A stretch of 10,683 nt of DNA from Prevotella sp. GTDB taxonomy: Bacteria > Bacteroidota > Bacteroidia > Bacteroidales > Dysgonomonadaceae. The notes beneath the pieces were generated by a model. It worked only from the letters and a program-made list of their open reading frames with translations. It ran no database searches and had not been told where the DNA came from. The DNA lies in contig JAITVV010000031.1 of NCBI GenBank assembly GCA_031285625.1, positions 1 to 10,683 on the forward strand, read 5' to 3'. Within the stretch, counting starts at the first letter, position 1. Every line of letters starts with the position of its first letter. This document shows, piece by piece, positions 7,132 through 10,683 of the stretch. Position numbers and translations under genes: made by a program.

Positions 7132-7211
7132 TCTTATTATTCTCTTAGGGTGGAATAATAAACCCTACATAAGCATCTATGCCGGGCTCATTATTAAAAA
7201 GATAGTTGGCA

Positions 7212-8600
7212 TTATTTTATTCCGGTCATATTTTCCGGATTAAGAATTCTATCTAATTCATTTTTTGAAAGTACATTCTTTTCTAATATCAGATCATATA
7301 CACTTTGCCCTGTTTCCAGAGCCTCCTTTGCAATGGTTGTACTGTTTAAATATCCGATATATGGATTAAGAGCAGTAACTATACCAACACTATTTGTTAC
7401 TAATTTTTTGCAATGTTCGGCATTCGCAGTGATGCCGTCTATGCAGTTTGTCCTCAAACAGCTAATAACATTAGTAAGTAATGTTTGCGATTCCAGGATA
7501 CTGGATGTAATGACGGGTTCCATTACATTTAGCTGTAACTGTCCGGCTTCGGCAGCAAGAGTTACAGTAAGATCATTCCCAATTACCTTAAAGCAAACCT
7601 GGGATACTACTTCGGCAATTACGGGATTTACCTTACCTGGCATAATAGATGAACCTGCCTGTCGGGGAGGAAGGTTTATTTCGTGGAAGCCACAACGGGG
7701 ACCAGAGGTGAGTAATCTAAGATCGTTGCCCATTTTCGATAGTTTTGTGGCTAATCTTTTCATCGCCGATGAGTATGAAACAAATGCAGCGGTACTGGAA
7801 GTTGCTTCTACAAGATTTTCTGCAGGGGTGAAATTAAGATTCGTAATCTTAGATAGTATTTTAGTACAAAGTTCTGCATATCCCGGAATTGCATTTAGAC
7901 CCGTTCCTACTGCCGTTGCGCCCATGTTTATTTCGAGACACTGGTCAGCATTATAGTTGAGATAACTTACTTCTTTATCCAGAGTAGAGGCAAATGCTCC
8001 GAATTCCTGTCCCAGTGTTAATGGTATAGCATCCTGCAAATGTGTGCGTCCCATTGTGATAAAATGCTTAAATTCATCGGACTTTTTCTTTAATGAAGCT
8101 ATCAGCAAATCTAGTGATTCAACAAGCTTTTTATTATAAAATAAGATACCTAGTTTTACGGCTGTAGGATAAGCATCGTTTGTCGATTGTGAAAGATTTA
8201 CGTGGTCGTATGGCGAACAATGATTGTATTCCCCTTTTGGGTATCCCATTATCTCAAGAGCAATGTTGGCGACCACCTCATTTATATTCATATTTGTAGA
8301 GGTGCCTGCGCCTCCCTGAAACATGTCGCTTGGGAACTGCTCCAGATATTCTCCATCTATGATTTTTTTACAAGCACTGATTATAGCATCGGCCATTTTT
8401 TCATCTAATACTCCTAATTCACAATTTGCCTGCGCAGTTGCCCATTTTACATAAGCCAGGGCTTTTATAAATTCCGGATAGTGCGCCAACTGTACTCCTG
8501 ATATCTGAAAGTTATTTATAGCCCGCTGTGTATGAATCCCATAATAGGCATCCGCAGGCACGGGTAGTTTGCCTATTAAATCATCTTCTTCTCTAGTCAT
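7212..8600 (-). CDS. aspA: Aspartate ammonia-lyase (fumarase/aspartase superfamily)
   Basis: 462 aa with R.E.DLIG...VPADAYYGIHTQRAINNF, QGGAGTSTNMN.NEV, SQSTNDAYPTA, MGRTHLQDA, signature GSSIMPGKVNP, and AEAGQLQLNVMEP, which is AspA-like rather than FumC-like. Confidence 0.92.
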   Translation of the reverse strand: MTREEDDLIGKLPVPADAYYGIHTQRAINNFQISGVQLAHYPEFIKALAYVKWATAQANCELGVLDEKMADAIISACKKIIDGEYLEQFPSDMFQGGAGTSTNMNINEVVANIALEIMGYPKGEYNHCSPYDHVNLSQSTNDAYPTAVKLGILFYNKKLVESLDLLIASLKKKSDEFKHFITMGRTHLQDAIPLTLGQEFGAFASTLDKEVSYLNYNADQCLEINMGATAVGTGLNAIPGYAELCTKILSKITNLNFTPAENLVEATSSTAAFVSYSSAMKRLATKLSKMGNDLRLLTSGPRCGFHEINLPPRQAGSSIMPGKVNPVIAEVVSQVCFKVIGNDLTVTLAAEAGQLQLNVMEPVITSSILESQTLLTNVISCLRTNCIDGITANAEHCKKLVTNSVGIVTALNPYIGYLNSTTIAKEALETGQSVYDLILEKNVLSKNELDRILNPENMTGIK

Positions 8601-8762
8601 GATCTGTTATAATTTGTATAGAATTTATTTTACTAGCAAAGTGTTTTGTTTCATTTTGATACTTAATATCCTTTCGAAGATATGAAATGATTCTTATATA
8701 ACATAAAATTTGTATATTAAGTTGTGCTAGTCGTGTTATTTTGTTATGCGTGAACTAGAAGT

Positions 8763-8792
8763 AAAAGGCCTTTGAAATCTCAGAGGCCTTTT
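8763..8792 (-). terminator. Intrinsic terminator after the S41 peptidase gene
   Basis: AAAAGGCCTTTGA (8763-8775) / TCAGAGGCCTTTT (8780-8792), with one non-Watson-Crick pair and a 4-nt loop, immediately after the stop at 8798. Confidence 0.82.
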
Positions 8793-8797
8793 CTTTA

Positions 8798-10573
8798 TTA
8801 TTTAATAAGGTTTATAGCTTTTTCCAGAATCTCATCTTTTCCTTTTGCAATGCCATCAATTGTCGGGCTAATCAAAATATCGGGAACTATACCTACTTGT
8901 TGTGTTTCTTGTCCATCGGGATAATATACACCTATGCCGCTTATACAGGTTTTTAATCCTCCGGGAATTGGTATTATTGAGATATTCCCATCAGCACCTC
9001 CTGTATGGGAGCCTATGACAATAGTATTAGGAGCAGTCTTGAGAGCCATGGCTGTGAATTCGGATTGACTGATTGACTTTTCATTTACCAATATGATAAC
9101 TTTACCTCTGTATGGATGTGCATTATCTTCGCCTGTTGCTATTGGACCGGTCATACGGAACAATCCGGGTTGGGTTATATCCGGCGTAGAGAATCTTGCG
9201 AAGTTAGTTGGCTTTGTTACCAGATATTTTGTTAGAGAATAAATCAGTTCATCGGAAGGGTAGCAGCGAAGATCTACTATGAGTCCTTTAGTTTCTTTTA
9301 TCTTTCCCATAAATTCGGGAAGGAGAGAGCTCTGGTAATTACCTGCATATAAGTAAGCGATATCTTTTGTGGCAAATTTGAAGCATGAGTCGGGCTGATC
9401 AGAGGGAAGCTCTTCTCTTGCATAAGTTTCTATTGTTTCCTCATTCTGAATACCATTCCTGATATATGATATACTTATAGAAGGTTCATTTGTGCGGGTT
9501 AGCACATTTGTGGCCAAATTATATAACAGATGTGATTTGTTGGATGCTGACAGGTATTTAGATTTCTCACTTATTATTTCTTCCGTTTTTTTACCATTTA
9601 TAGAAATAATAATATCTCCTGCTTTCATTGAAGTTTTATCTGGATTTTTCATTACAACCGCTTTATTTTCTATAAACTGTATTTCTAAAGGGGCAAAACG
9701 GGTTCCCCAAAAATCGGTCCATGCCTTTCCGCTGTGCTCTTTGATCATTGAGTGAGAGTCGTTTACCTGAGCTATAAGTGCTGCAATAGTAAGTTTGTAT
9801 CGCAGTTCGTCCGATGCCTCAATAAATTTAGGAATAAACTCACTGAGAGTATTTTTCCAATCTGCTTTATTCAAATGTTTGTTTGGGTTGAAATATTCCA
9901 TCATATTCCAATAGCGGTATAATGCTAACAGGCGATAACCTGTATCGTTGTAGTCCATTTTATTGTATTCCCGTTCGTTATCAAATAGGGGATTACCAAC
10001 AAAAGGTGTTGGTTTTATATAATAATTATTGTCGCTACGCACGGCTCTTTTTATGTTTAATAATAGTTGAACCAGATTTTTATCCATATTCGAATTTTCG
10101 ATCCAGCCTAGATCCGGACTTTGTTTGATATTATTAGAGTCTTCCTGATTTTCTGCCTCATTTATTTCTACAGCTCCCAATGAATTTATCCATGAAATGA
10201 AGATTGTATCTCTTTCTTCCTGCGTCTTGCTGTTTAATATGGGTGTCATATATCGGAATAACTCATAGTCCCAATTAAAGTTTCCGGCTGCAATAGCAGG
10301 ATGGTGATATTTAAGAAACCCCCATATAAGTCCTAATAATTTCAGATTATCTGACTTTTTGCTATCCAGTGTAATATACCCTATTCGGGAACCATTATCA
10401 AACTCTTTGTCTTCATCAGCCTTTAGAGTAGGGATGTCAATCGGTTCCCAGTCTTTTACATCTTTTCCATCTATAAGTAGCCGGCTGTCGTCTAGCCAAA
10501 TTTTTCCATTGGTATCTCTGGCCATTATGCTTACATTTATTGTTTTAGCTTCTTTTCCATAAGGTATTTCCAG
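8798..10573 (-). pseudogene. S41 family peptidase with PDZ-like domain, apparently 5'-truncated (intact 575-aa ORF from the ATG at 10525)
   Basis: IWGFLKYHHP, RLLALYRYWN..EYF.P, PDZ-like KAGDIIISINGK, GLIVDLRCYP, catalytic SISQSEFTAM, IGSHTGGADGN and GIVPDI. No signal peptide. The frame stays open for 16 codons upstream of the ATG to a TAA at 10576-10574. The S41 call is firm, the pseudogene status is inferred. Confidence 0.65.
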
Positions 10574-10622
10574 TTAAAATCCAAATAAATTGGATGATTA
10601 TTTTAAATTAATTTCAGTTTTA

Positions 10623-10630
10623 TATCTTTG
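10623..10630 (+). promoter_or_regulatory. Sigma-A -7 element (TATCTTTG) driving a transcript that runs off the right edge
   Basis: Exact TAnnTTTG directly before an abrupt switch from AT-rich to GC-richer sequence (the riboswitch candidate). Confidence 0.7.
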
Positions 10631-10635
10631 TGTCA

Positions 10636-10683
10636 GGATGTTAAGAGGAAACAGGCACTGCTGGGGAGCAACCTGTCAGCAAT
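10636..10683 (+). ncRNA. 5' portion of a probable SAM-I/IV-variant riboswitch (cut off by the window end)
   Basis: Contains TTAAGAG (J1/2-like), a short P2 region with GGCACTG, and AGCAACC (the SAM-I clan GCAACC at the start of P3). Then TGTCA-GCAA-T, which looks like a P3 hairpin with a GNRA loop. It begins a few nt after a -7 promoter box. Confidence 0.7.

Noticed and set aside
7333-7956. 207-aa + strand ORF, and the small one at 8202-8408
   Set aside because: Both lie entirely antisense to aspA with no recognisable motifs, as expected for shadow ORFs.
8675-8682. TATCTTCG (minus strand) as the aspA promoter
   Set aside because: One mismatch to TAnnTTTG and no supporting evidence. Plausible but not callable.
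9492-10562. + strand ORFs 9492-9755, 9922-10128 and 10359-10562
   Set aside because: Antisense to the S41 peptidase, with no independent evidence.
10636-10683. Cobalamin riboswitch or tRNA reading of the right-edge RNA
   Set aside because: TTAAGAGGAA only loosely resembles the cobalamin AAnAGGGAA box and the following conserved hairpin is missing. No tRNA arms are present. GCAACC fits the SAM-I clan better.

Overview
AT-rich Bacteroidales chromosomal segment (Dysgonomonas-like by inference from gene content and TAnnTTTG promoters) that is mostly housekeeping and cell-envelope genes. In order: metA (acetyltransferase type), a DUF3836-like secreted protein (the only + strand gene), a GH29 alpha-L-fucosidase with a C-terminal F5/8 type C/CBM32-like domain, an outer-membrane beta-barrel protein, a coiled-coil lipoprotein (Cbp1-like), rsmI, a HAD phosphatase, aspA, and an S41 peptidase that appears to have lost its 5' end. 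Four intrinsic terminators and several Bacteroidetes sigma-A -7 boxes are visible. The most interesting signals are non-coding or at gene edges: the 5' half of a probable SAM-I/IV-type riboswitch behind its own promoter at the right edge, the truncated peptidase beside it, a cluster of short direct and inverted repeats at the left edge resembling a mobile-element end or origin, and an ECF-sigma-like promoter before the DUF3836-like gene. I found no convincing evidence of a wholly new multi-gene system. All family assignments are from motif recognition, not database searches.
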